Part shown: in pieces, positions 36,844 through 50,020 of the stretch
Layout of the letters: every line of letters begins with the position of its first letter
Numbering within the stretch: the stretch's first letter is position 1
Origin: Catajapyx aquilonaris
Lineage: Eukaryota
Assembly (NCBI GenBank): GCA_000934665.2
Contig: JYFJ02000643.1
Span: forward strand, 1-64,000
Reading direction: 5' to 3'
Length of the DNA: 64,000 bases
The notes under the pieces: generated by a model
The model's database searches: none
Seen by the model: only the letters and a program-made list of their open reading frames with translations
Told to the model about the DNA's origin: nothing
Translations under genes and position numbers: made by a program

Positions 36844-38759
36844 TATTGAAAAACTGCTTATTTAATTCTTCAATCATTGTGAAATGTTTGCACCATAGTC
36901 CTTTGCATATCGTGCAATGTGTGAAATTTACGTGAATGTGATTCATAAGAGACATCCAAAACTCGATACAATGTTCAAACCTTCAAAGTGATCCGTATTT
37001 GCTTCTTTTCCGACTATTGTGAATACAGTATTTATTTTCACTAAGCCGCTTAATTTTGGACAATTACTTTAATCATTATCAAAAGTAGGCCTACTGTATA
37101 TTTATGATTACCAATTTTTGCACAGTATAATGGTACCAATCCGGCGCAATTTTGCCACAATTTTGGCTCCAATATTTCTTTAGCGTAGGGGCAATATAAG
37201 TATACGTAGTATTCTATAATCATGCTTAGAAAAATGGACTTTAGCACACCGTATATAGATTCAATGAAATATTCCTTTACTCCATTGCTGACCAAAACAT
37301 TCCCTTAAATATTTCAGCCTCATTCACTAAATGACTTCAGTAAGCCTTCATTCAAAATTATTTTCAGACGAAAATCTGTCATCCTAAATGAAGGAAAAGT
37401 AGGAGTAACTGACAACTATACATAATAGCAACAGAAAAATGTACCGGATGAAAACACAGAACAACCTGCAAACACATGATAAATAAATAAATAATAATAA
37501 TTTTGCCTTACGTGTAAACAGTAAACACATTCATTACGAAAATGCTTCCATAAAAAAGCGGCTGAAATAAATTACCTATTTCGCCAAGAATATCTAGATG
37601 AAATCGAACCAATAAAATATGCATGAATATGAACCCAAAGAAAAACAGACTGAAAATCGAAAGTCGAATCGTCAATAATTTCTCGTTCCAATTTGTCTTT
37701 TATATGGATTACATTATTCCAAAATTATATCTAACACTTTACAAACCCTAAATTAAATACAGTGACGCCAGTTACGCGGTCCAAAAGCGTAATCTTAGAA
37801 TCGCCGAATTTAACGATTCGTGTAAAGTTAGACTACCTTTTGGACGAAAAGACAAAAATGGCTCCACCATTTCAAGAGACATTGTCACGAAATGTTGCTT
37901 CAGTTTCTTTATGAGACGCGTGCAGTAAAAAAACATGAATGTACCATTTATTAATCCCGATAGACCACAACATATTGCCCTATGATAGTACAAATGCTTA
38001 GGCTATGCAAACGTTCAATAATCTCAAATACGTATGCGGCATATCACAAACAGAACGTCAATCATCATTGATTCATCTATCATCAAGAAGTAGCTCGGGC
38101 TGCTTATTTACAATGGCCTTGGCCATGGATCAACGAAAGTCAGCATCGTTCCAATAAAAGTATTGATTAAATGGTATATTAGCTGGTGTATTTTTCGAAA
38201 TAAAATTTATGCTTTCTGTATTTGTCGTAATAGTCCCACCTGCTAGTCAGCGGCTGTCCTATGATTCAATAAAATATAAGTGCTCTAATTCAAAGTTGCA
38301 CAGTGTACCTCTTCAACATATGTTGTAGACTAATCACATAAATTATGTTTGACTTTATAGTTGAATAGACTGTGTTTCTTATAGTATTTTACAGGTGCTA
38401 CAAGCGTCAGAGAAACTACATAATATTTTTAATGGTACCCAAATCTGATAAGATGCTTATGGAATTGCAGTTTTTGTATATGCTACAGAATATGCGATAT
38501 CCAAAGTGGATTCGACTGGCCCTGGTAGATCACGTATCCTATCCGACTTCCGTCAATCAAACTAATCATCATTGCAAGGAAATTATACCTCTGCATGGGT
38601 TACAAATGGCCTACCATTCCTGGATTGATTGAATGTGCTTAAGATCGCTTTCCGTCCCGACGATAGCTCTCTGCGATTGTCTCGTACAGTTAGCGTCTCG
38701 AGGGTCATAAGTACTGTACTGTCTAAAGTCAGAGAGAGCTCCACTGAAATGATCACATT

Positions 38760-41700
38760 ATGGAAGTGATTGTCGTTCTGTTCATTTTCTCCTGTGTATT
38801 GACACAATCATACTTTGGTGAAGTCAGAAGGGAGACATTGCATGGAGATATTAGTCTCATAGAAGGGTTCGAATCGCAGCTTGATGACTCCTGCCTCGTT
38901 GCCTTTGCCCATGATTACGATCATCTTCCACTAACACTGGATCAGCTAATTGGCAGATTTAATGAGAAACAGCGTATGACAGTGCAAATTCGACTGTCAC
39001 AGTCCAAAAGTAACACTGCTACTGAAGTGCCCTTCGATGACCCCAATGTCAACCACACCTCGCCAGTCACGTACTGGTTCGACTGGTTGCATCTTCCCAG
39101 TGCCACCCATCACTCCAACTGCGCCTTGTTCGTCTTCTTCCTCCGTCACCAGAACTTCGAATCACTAATCGAGACCACTGCAGCCAGTGTCCTTCTCAAC
39201 ACAAGGATGCATCACTTCGTGTTCTTCACCAGGGATGGAGGGGTGGAGGAAATACTTCTTCATCCACACTCGAGGATATTGAAGTAAGAAACAAATCTTG
39301 CATTTTATAGCCTCGCTTCACATTTCAGTTAATTAATGAACGCTTTCTCATTATAATTCCTGTACAGATATAAGCTCGTGGTGGAACAGGAAACATTCTT
39401 GTCGTGGTCGGTCTGTTTCTACTGTGACAATGGAGAGCAGCAAATTGTTGGGATTGACCCCACCGCTTCAAACCTCACGGATATATTCCCGGACTTCACA
39501 CTTGACCTTCACAATAAGACCCTCCTCGGAATGACTCCCTTTGCCTTTGTTACAGACCAGAATGAAGTTAAGAGAAGGTATTTTAACAGGGAACAAATAG
39601 CATTTTCGGATTTTGTGTACCTCGATATAACAACGTACATGAACATGAACGTTCAGCTGGAAGTGTCGGAAACTGCTGTCTCAGTGGAGGCCAAGTTGGA
39701 CGACGGAACATGGGTTGGAATAGTGGGCGACGTTCTCTATACGGAAGGTGTGATTTTGGAGCCATCGCAGTTTTTTTCTCGCCTCCTCTTGAAGTAATAG
39801 ATTACACTTATCCCGGTTACATCTCCAGTTTTTATTTTATCTCTCGTAAAGAAAAAGTATTAGAGGCCTGGGATGTGAACATTCGACCTTACACGCAAGG
39901 AATGTGGCTTCTGACCGGCATCGCTTGTCTGATCGGAAGCCTTGTTCTATGGGCACTTCTGTTGGTCACAATCAAGAAAGCCCAATCCCCATTTGAGACA
40001 CAGCACCCTCCTCCACTGTATCCATACTCTGTCAAGTACATCCTTCTGACTGTCATTGAAGCAAGCCCGAACCTGGTTCCAAGATCTGATTCGTCCAGGA
40101 TGTTCCTGTCTTTTTGGTGGGTGTTTTCGGTGGTCATAACATGTAGATACAAAGCCAAACTCGTTGGCTTTTTGGCCAACCCGGATTATGAAACACTTCC
40201 CAAGTAAGTAAACCCTTAACCTCGTTAAGCATACCGTGACACTTAGCCTATATTATAGACAGCTATAGTATAGCTGCAGAGCCATCTGGTTTATCGTTTT
40301 TTGCTACTGCGCTCCATTAATATAAGTTTTTCATCGGCAGTAAAGTAGATGTGAACAATGAAATAGGCAATACCCGGAAATAACACTATCTAGTCCAGTT
40401 TGGATCCAAATAACTCTAACAGAGTGTATATGTTAGTCCCAACATTATTTTCTAACTGAAGGAACCGTTGCTAGACTGGCTAGGTAGCAAGGCACAAGGG
40501 GGTAACCACTTCGGTACTCCGGTGTACACCTGCGAGTGGTACTCCCTGGTTCTCCTCAGCAGGTACCTCACTCTTTATTACTCCTTGGTACTCCTTGAAT
40601 TTGGTACTCCAGTGTACACTTTTCAGTCGAGTGATTATACCCCCTTGGGACATTGGAATCACTCCTCTTATGATAGTTCCTTGAAAATAAACAGAGCATC
40701 ATCAAATGTTAAGTATTTCAACCATTTGCCAAACATCAATGGGGAGACAATGGGGAGATTTATTTCCAGAATCTAAGTTACATGGCATATAGTGGGAAAC
40801 AGGAAACTGCCACAACGAGTTATGGGCGTCTTCTAGAGCCGTATACTCATCCAGGTCACTCGCAATCGACACGGCGAAATGACGTAGGTCGATCGAGTGG
40901 GAGGTGCCGGGACCTCGATGGTGTTGGCTGTATCGCTGTCGTGATGTCGGTACCTGCGGGTAGTATCGATCGTGATTTCAGTAGCTGCCGGAAGGCCAAT
41001 CACACACACGAAACTTTCCCGCCGGCTGCATTCACCATCTACAAGTCGCACTCAACACCAAAAAACTTGCCGACTAGAATTGCCGAGTGCAGGCCGGGTG
41101 GATGATATCGTCACCAGAAAACAACGAACGATCGCCCGATCGGCAGTAACCGAGTTCGAAAGGCGGAGTCAACCGCATTCGAGGTGTCATCCCCCTGGCC
41201 TCACCCGCCGGCCAATCCAGGGCAGGAGGAGGAGAATTGGCGACGTCATTTTGACGTCAATCGACTTTGTCGATTGCGAGTGACCTGGATGAGTATACGG
41301 CCGCTGAACCAGCCGTCCCGGCACGAAATTCGCGTCCTGACGTTTAAGTTTAGCCCAAGAAAGCGTTCTGGCATTTTTAAAATAGCATTTCGGGGTCTGG
41401 CCGTTTCATTAAAACGGCCATTCTGCGGAATGGATGGCTTGAAAATGAGCATTCAGCAGAATCTACCAATGAAATTATTCCACTTTCTCAGAAGTTTCAA
41501 ACTGTATAACGTAGTATACTCCTTTAACAGATGTGTGGCTGAATTGGCAATGCGAGAAGGATGGAAGTGGGGATGTCCGACATTCCACGCACTGTACATC
41601 CGAGTTCTGCTGAGCGAATCCGACCAGGATTACCACCACAAGTATGCCGAAGAGTTGGAAACGACCGAGTCCTTCGATGAGTGCCTTCAGAAAGCCATCG

Positions 41701-42113
41701 AGGAAGACTACATGTGCGGTGGTGCCAGAGAGCACTCGGCTGAAGCAGCCTCTGAATTCCTGGACATGGCTGGAAACTGGCCTTTTTCCCGTTTCGCCGA
41801 CACTTCCACCAAGTTTTGCGCAGGTCTATTGTTTAACAAGCATGATGTTTTGCTGCCAAGGTTTAACTGTCTGGCTCTCCGATTGGAGTCTGCTGGACTA
41901 CTCGGGTACTACAGTAATTACTTCGACGTATGGACATACATCAGACAGATCAACAAAGCCAGGAAGACTCGTCTCTTGTGGCCAGAGCCATCCATGGCCT
42001 TGAATTTCAAGCAAATGAAGGGTTTGTTTTACGGTTTGTTCATATTTTGCGGCGTTGCTATTGTCGTGTTCGCTACTGAAGTGCTCGTATTCTACTGCAA
42101 GTGCATGTCCTGA
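38760..42113 (+). pseudogene. Divergent ionotropic receptor copy 4; exons 38760-39283, 39368-40203, 41531-42113; 2-nt (TA) frameshift at ~39738-39741
   Basis: ctc TA TA c gga vs ctc tac gga in paralogues; ORF split into 39378-39797 and 39710-40207; intron 2 expanded to 1.3 kb. Confidence 0.85.
40838..41301. mobile_element. MITE (PIF/Harbinger-like ends) in intron 2 of IR copy 4
   Basis: 33-bp perfect TIR gccgtatactcatccaggtcactcgcaatcgac; GC-rich interior; TSD not clean. Confidence 0.85.
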
Positions 42114-44627
42114 TGAAACCGACTGTTTATCTCAATCCTCACTATGCGATTGTCCCATTTTCCTTTTCCCTCCGTAATAAGTGACATTTTGTAAGCGCGC
42201 TCACGAAATATCAGACATTATTATTTATTATTAATGAAAATATTATTATTAAAATGTTAAAATAATCAATCCTTGTGAAGGTTTGCTCTGCATGATTGAA
42301 GCTTCTGGAAGAAGGGATCCTCGGGACTAGTTGTTTGCGGCGTACATAAGAAACATCGAATAAGACAATGACTGATTTGGTTTTATTTGTCAAGTTTCCG
42401 AGTCCCACTGTCTATTGCCATTTGCTAGTATATCAATGCTCCATAAAAAGAAAAATGATTTATAAAATATCAATATTCCTACGTATATTGAGTCAATGCA
42501 ATAATTATCATTATTTTACTAATTAATTTCATTAAATATGCTCAGTGCATCAGGTACGCACTCATGCTAAATTATGTAATAATTTGAATATTTCGCTCTA
42601 CCTGAAAAAAATTTTGGAGGTGCCGACCACACCGTACATCATTTTAATTTTTAAATAATATTTTTTCCGACATTAGAAATTCATTAATATCGTTCACATC
42701 ATAAAAGAGATTTACATGTAATGGGCGCAGTCATGAGTACGTATAGAAGACATCGCAATGTTTGTAACTAAGACTTTAGCTAAAGTCCAAATTCCATAAT
42801 TTGATGAGCAATATCTAGATGAAATCGAGGCAATAAAATTTGCCTGAATTTGAACCGGAGAAAGAAACAGATAGCATGATGACAAAAGCATAGAACTGGC
42901 AATTATTGCTCGTTACAGTTTCAAAGGTTTAAAATATGTACAGCCAAATTCCAGTTCAAGTTAGCATAAATTTTTTAGAACTCGGGAGTTACTTTTTGAT
43001 AAAAATAATGAGAACGTGTAACATGAAATGAAGGTCACGCACTCAGTCCTCTCCTATATCCCTGGATTTGCCATTTCATGCTTGCTCTATAAACCATAAT
43101 CGTTCAATACCTATTTCCTTATTGTATCAGTTCCAAGAGCAATGTCAATTACAGATAAAAGTTCTAGACTGGTGACCTGCAATACTGGCCTTGACCTTGA
43201 TCGACTAAAGTTTCTTCGTCTACTTAAAATATTGACTCAGTTTTCTGACAACTACTGAGGCAATGTAATCTGTGGATTAGTTCGACATCTGGGAAACTCA
43301 TGTTAATCAGTCATGATCGATTAAGTTTTAGGTTCTGACATATTTTATTGTTATATCCCGTAGTTAGCTCAACATTAAGACTCGTAGAGTAACCAGGTGT
43401 ACAGTGGGCTACGTCGGAGCACTTCCTCTCTATTGTTCTAACAAATCTAACAGCAATAATCTAGCATGAAAATGGGAACATATAAATCATTAACTTTCAG
43501 CAAGGTTTTCTTGCAAAAGTTATTCCAGTTTCTCTCTATGGCAGGGCATAATTTATTCAACCCTACTTGAGTGCTGTTAATTTTGATTCTAGATTTTAAG
43601 CGCTAATCCTCGTTTCTTACCAGGCGCTTAGTTCCCATTAGTAGCGCTTTGGAAGAGGTTACATATATAGAGTACACCGAGTGTGCTCTATTGAACAGCC
43701 CATTCCAATCAAGTGTCTAATCATTAGATATCTAAGCATCACATATATTAGACTCTATTGCTGACGTTCATACTTCTAGAAATATACGTAACTGGTTACT
43801 AAACTTGAGGTTCACACAGTATTTTCAAGTAAAATAATGATTATTAAACATTGTAGAATATGACTCTGACGCCAAGTTCATTTTGATACAATATTTCTCA
43901 ATGTGTATGCTGTAGCCTACATTATGATGATGTCGATTTCTGAAGTAGGCCTAATTAATGCTTAATCCTTATCAGCTTTGTGGTGCATCGGTGACAGGGC
44001 ATCAATAGCTAGATAAGTGTCACGTTGCGGTTGATAGGGCCTATAAAACTCGATACCAAGTCATAGCCTGTCACTTATTTAAGCTTGAAAAATCACCTAC
44101 TTTATATCGGACTACATAAAAGCGCATTGTAAAAATCATGTCAAAATGTCAGTTATTACGACACGACATAAATTACCATTTTATTAATTTTCATGCGCTC
44201 TATGCCGTGGCTTTATTCCCTTGATCGTCGGTGGCTCAAAATCAATTTTTACATAGACATACGTACTCTTCCACGACTATTGAAACCAGCGTCTGCCATC
44301 TAGGCACGAAGTACAAAACCCATCTGATAGATGTCGCTTGAATCATCGCGATGTTTCAATACTGTACTCAGTGTACTGTACAAACACATTTAATAACATT
44401 TCCTAACCGATTTTCCGCAATGTATTTTAACTTAAATGAGTTATAACGTGACATTAAAGCCCCCACATACGCATTTGGTGCGTGGGGGCTGTAAGCAGGA
44501 AACCGCGGTTGGTTGCCCTTGATGTGTGGTTGCTGCCCTTGATGTGTAATCACGACACAAGCACGAAAAGCCAAGGATAAGAGCAGTGGGTACGCAGCCA
44601 GTGCGATAATACTGCCAGTGAAGAGCA

Positions 44628-47600
44628 ATGGAATTGTCGTTGCTGACAGTTTACCTCCTGGTGACAGCGGCTTTCCTATGGATGGTTTTCAAGAGAGTCA
44701 GGTCTTCCAGAAGGAGGTACCTTCTGAGCAAGATATACACTCCGCCTGCCTGGCCGATTTTGGGCACAAAGCTCAACCTGCTCCTGAGCAGTGAAGGTAA
44801 GTCGTACTCATTATTGAATGACACCGTCCAGTTGGTCACAAGAGATTGAGTGAATTCCGTCCTCTGATAGATTTGCTCAAGCAATTTCTGGATCTGCACG
44901 ATTTGTCCCAGCCAATTACAAGGATCAAGGTGCTTGGACGACCTCATATGATCATGCTTTACAGGCCCGAATATATTGAGGTAATTGCAATAATTATTAT
45001 GACTAATGCAGCCTGTCAATGTGTAGCTTGTTTTTTCAGGTGCTACTGTCTAGTAAGAAACACATAGACAAGAGCCTGGATTACAAGTTTCTGATGCCAT
45101 GGCTTGGAACCGGCCTGTTAACTAGCACTGGTAAGATTATCCTTTTACTGATTATTCTATCACTGTCATACAGCTTGAAAAAAATTTTAAAACCATATTT
45201 TGTTAGAGTATTTACGTGTACAAGTTTTTAAAAAAGTCCCCGTTAGATCAGTTGTTTTTATTAAAAGCAATTCACTCTTCTCCGAAGTAAGATAAGATAA
45301 AAGAACAAACAAACAAGCATAACAACGACAATATTGGAGATGTAAATTGGAACTTTCAAAAATTGAATTATGTAAAATAAAATATTGGAGTAGTTACCTT
45401 CACTGCCCATACTGCAGGTGTGCATTAGTACATTTGGCTTTTTGAGTTATTGGCATTGTGAAGAGTGCTTTTGAAACTAGGAAGATATACGACGGATGTA
45501 CAGTAAAGAGCATGAGGATGGTACCATTATTTGAACAGGATCGAAGTGGTTCAAGAGACGCAAGATGTTGACACCTGCCTTCCACTTCCGTATACTGGAG
45601 AACTTTATTGACGTGTTTAACGAACAGGCAAAAATCATGGTCAGCAACTTGAGGAAAGAGGTGAATGGTCCTGGGTTTAACCTGGTGACATACATCACTC
45701 ACTGCGCGTTGGACATAATATGCGGTAAGTAAACTAAATAAATACGATAAATTATTTCCACTATAATGGCTGTATTTTCCAGCGAATGTTATATCAAACT
45801 GAACCACTGGTTTTGAACTATGTGATAAAATCACAACGAGCATTGTTTAACACTTTCACTGCACGTACAGTATAATAATTAGAGGAATAATAAATGCCAT
45901 ATTAAGTTGCGATTCATTCTGACGCTGGCTATTCAAAAACATCACCTGTGGGATCTAGTGTCCACAGCTGAATAATTCATTTACTTGTATTATAAATCAC
46001 AGTGCTGTATGACATCCCTATAATTTGTAGTACTACTGTATAACCTTCACATGTTAATTTCTCTAGATAATAAAGATGTTTTCTCATAATTCGATTTGAC
46101 GCAATTGAAGATATAGAAAATGGCTAATATTCACCTTCATTTTGTCAGAAACGGCCATGGGACGATCAGTCAAGGCCCAGTCCAATTCCAGCTCAGATTA
46201 CGTTCAGGCTGTGTACGAGTGAGTGTTTCTCTAACCCTCCCCCCAAAATCAGCAGTCAGACCCTCAAACCATGCCGACTAGAATACCAATTCCTCACAAA
46301 TTTGGTTAGGATAGGAAACATCGTCACATCGCGTCGAGTGCGACCCTGGCTCTCGCCCGACTGGATTTTCTACCTGAGCAATGCTGGAAGATCATTCTCC
46401 AAATGTCTCCAGATCCTCCACGGATTCACAAACAAGGTAAATATAATCATAGAAAAGTTAAGACGAAAAAGAGATTTCATCTAAAATAATTGCAGTTGCA
46501 TAGAGCACTGTCCGAAACATTTTTTGGGGTATATAATACTGCAGAATACATACATGACTGGCTCGATCTATATGTTTTCATTTGCTCACGTCAAACTATT
46601 CACCACAAAGCTGTATACATTTTAGCTTCTACTAACATCCTTGATGAAGTGTTTAACCAAACAGCGTCTTTAGATCTTCAGGAGCCAAAATTGCATTACT
46701 TCGAATTAAAGGGTCTCAAAAGTATAGTTGCTGTGTTTGATTGGAAGTCAAGCCCATTCCCTTCGGAATCACATGCGCTCTTGTAATTATCTAAATGCGG
46801 GCTAAAGTTTAGAAGTCAAATACAGCAGGGCATCATGATGGTTTGAGTTCAACAGATGTCCAATTACTCTGCAATATTATTCAAGCCTGGCGTTACTGCT
46901 GTGTTAGTTTGGCTGTTTTGTTAGTGGAGTCGTAATGAATTCCCTTTCGTGACGCAATAGCTCGTTTTGATGGAAAGTTATTTCATTAAAACATCAATCT
47001 GTTAATTAAAGTAACACATTGCAATCGGGCCAGATTCTAACAAGGTTGGTGGAATTAATAATAACAACAATAATTACACTGCTTGATTGAGCAATTCCAG
47101 TCATCTGGAGGGTAATTATATGTACATAGCTTGATGTCATTTAGAACGAAAATTCTGACATAAAATTCAACCTATTATGTGCCAGACTTTTGAGTCACCC
47201 TGTACATTACTAAGAATATTATGCCTGAATGAAAATCATCGATATTTTAACACAATTTCAGGTAATTCAAGAACGAAAACTGGTGATGGAAATGGCCAGC
47301 AGTGAGACAGATGACAACATTGACGTCACCACCGGTAAGTCTAAGTGAATTTATTCGACCCGCATAAAACTTGACGTCTCCAACGAAATTCTCTCTCTCT
47401 CTCTCTCTCTCTGCCTTCCGCTTGAAGGCAAGAAACGCCCCAAGGCTTTTCTGGATCTTCTTCTGACGGTGGCTAAGGAAGATGGAACATTAACTGACGA
47501 CGATATTCGCGAAGAAGTTGACACCTTCATGTTCGAAGTATGTGATGATGATCAGGATGTTAGCAAAAAATTTTGCCAGTACAATTCATTATTTTTTGAT

Positions 47601-49339
47601 TAATTGTTTTGCTAAACATTGGAATACTGTATTAGGAAATATTGCACAATGGTCCATATTTTTCAAATTTTGACAACAATAATGTAAGATTCTAGTGCAA
47701 TCCGGTCATAATATCACAGCTGTCTTTACATACCGGTACATTATTACATGTCCAGCACATTCCTGATCGACTGGACCCACAATTTCCTTATGACAAAAAT
47801 CCCTGCCCCCAAGGCCAGCATCACAAATCCAGACGTCTCATATAAATTCCTTCCCTTTGACAATAACAGGGCCACGACACAACATCCATGAGCATGAGCT
47901 GGTGCCTCTATCTATTGGGATGCAACCCCGAGCATCAGGTACTTATCGAATCGATTGAAATACATGTGTACCATTGTGAGCGAGACTCGTTTTTCTCTCG
48001 ATATAAAAAAAGGCCAAGGTGCAAGAAGAATTGGACTCCATATTTGGAGATTCGGCCAGACCTGCGACCTCATCCGACCTGGCAGAGATGAAGTACCTGG
48101 AAATGTGCATAAAAGAAGGGCTTAGGTTGTATCCAATAGTGCCGTTCGTGGCTCGACATCTCACTGAAGAGCTGGAACTGGGTAAAGAACCGGTCTAAAT
48201 CCTCTTATGTACTTCAAAGAAGCAGTGAAATCTGTGTGGGTTACAGCAAGACCTTTAGCACCATTCAATCATTTTGATTGTAACTAATCGTAACTTACAG
48301 CTTTGTAAGCGAAAAGAAATCGAAATTTGGGAAGAGAATTAGTAGATGGCGCACACTGCTTCCTTTCGAAATATTCTAGCGGCACGACATGACGTAAGCC
48401 TTGTAATATACAGGATGTTCCAAGTTCGTGGGGCCTTTTCCCTTTTATAGTAGTTATATAGTTATAGAAAATTTAGCTCAAAGCTGTTATTTTTTATGTA
48501 GCTTGTTGTGCCCCTAACTACATTAGACCACCTGATAGTACTGAGGCACTTGGATCGGGGCACAACAAGCTACACAAAAATAACTACTTCGGACAATATC
48601 AGTGATAACAATAAACTACCCACACGAACTTATAACACCCTGTAGAGTGACTTTCATAGTATTTTTTTACCACGTTAACTAGATGGATTCACGATACCAG
48701 AAGACGTGACTGTTGTGGTGGAATCACTCCTACTTCATCGTGATCCAAAAACTTTTCCTGATCCGGAAGTGTTCAATCCAGAGCGATTCTTACCAAACGA
48801 AGCCCGTCATCCCTTTGCATACATCCCATTTTCAGCCGGACCACGCAACTGCATCGGTAAGTTTTCCCTTGAAAAATTTCGTGCCATTGCTTGGTTCCAA
48901 AAGCAGAATTAAACTCTAAATATGCTGGGGAAGGCCCAGAGGCTCTTTGAAATTACTAGGCAAACATTACGCATCCCTCCCCCTGAGCGTCTCTCTTTGA
49001 AACTACGCTACACTGCGAACTGCCGTCATATTCAGCCTGCATTCCTTAACTCTAGTTTCCGGATTCAGAATGGACGATATAACCCTCGCGAATTGATGGG
49101 CTTGGCATCCGGGAATTTGTGTACGTGCCACTCGACTGCACCGCTTGAATGCTTCCTGTTTTCCAGGCCAGAAGTTCGCAATGATGGAGGAGAAAGTGGT
49201 GCTGTCCACGTTCCTCAGAAACTATCGGATTAGATCTTTGCAGAAGCCTAAAGAACTGATTCTGGTCAGTGATTTGGTCCTACGCTCCAAGAATGGCATC
49301 GATGTGACAATAGAGGCCAGAAATGTAAAGGATATGTAA
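44628..49339 (+). CDS. Cytochrome P450, CYP4 clan, 506 aa, 12 exons: 44628-44796, 44871-44980, 45040-45130, 45539-45724, 46149-46218, 46310-46436, 47262-47334, 47428-47537, 47870-47938, 48013-48181, 48683-48856, 49167-49339
   Basis: [29 protein letters not shown]4 signature [22 protein letters not shown] (ExxR), PERF, heme loop [11 protein letters not shown]; exons sum to 1521 nt in frame. Confidence 0.95.
47391..47412. repeat. (CT)n microsatellite forming the polypyrimidine tract of CYP intron 7
   Basis: CT run ending 15 nt before the acceptor at 47427. Confidence 0.9.
48411..48642. mobile_element. Tc1/mariner-type MITE, family A copy 2, in CYP intron 10
   Basis: TA|CAGGATGTTCCAAGTTCGTG...CACGAACTTATAACACCCTG|TA; homologous to 3020-3307. 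Confidence 0.85.
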
Positions 49340-49699
49340 TAAAACTTGTGACAAGTTTTTTTTGTGGTGTCAAAAGGGACCAAGTTTTGTACAGAAACTC
49401 TCGACTATACCCCTGACCTTGAGTTCAAGAGCAAATATAGACTCAGCGGAACCTGCATTCAATAGCTGGAAAATATGGAGCCTTTCCCACCCAACCAAAA
49501 AGAGGAGATTCAGCATTCAGCATCCACAACTTTTGGTCCAAAACCTTTCCCCTCTTCGCTGAACGCATTCTATGGACCGGATGATGCCTCTCAAAAGACG
49601 GGAAAGGAGTACCTTCTAAAGGCCACATCAGCTCTCGTGTTGGAGAACTATTGAAAACTGCATTTCGAAGGCGACACTCAAGGAAATGGGCGCAATCAG

Positions 49700-50020
49700 T
49701 CTAGGCCTCGAGCTAGGCCTACCTAGGCCTAGCATAAATACTAAGCCATGGTTTTTCTTATATTTTAACTGAAGATTATAAGAGCTAACTGTAGTTTAAT
49801 ATCCGTTTAAACAATGTACTATTGAATTAGTATTTAACTGTCAGCTAAATATGTCTAGGCCTTGCTCTCTTGACTGAGCTAGGCCTAGCATAAATACTGA
49901 ACATGGCGTGTAATTGATTCCTACTTTTTCATATCTTTTAACTAAAGATAACTATAGTTCAATATCAGTTTTAGCAAACACTGAAGTTAGTCTGTAACGG
50001 TCAGTGCCTAGGCCTAGCTC
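49700..50020. repeat. Diverged tandem duplication of ~155-bp units containing ctaggcctag palindromes
   Basis: ctaggcctagcataaatact at ~49723 and ~49879 with similar downstream sequence. Confidence 0.7.

Noticed and set aside
41184..41530. N-terminal extension of the 309-aa ORF
   Set aside because: MITE and intron sequence that happens to be open; the real exon starts at 41531
44797..44831. 35-nt first intron for the first CYP4 (AG at 44831)
   Set aside because: In frame but very short; the AG at 44870 has a better pyrimidine tract and gives a 74-nt intron like the paralogue's
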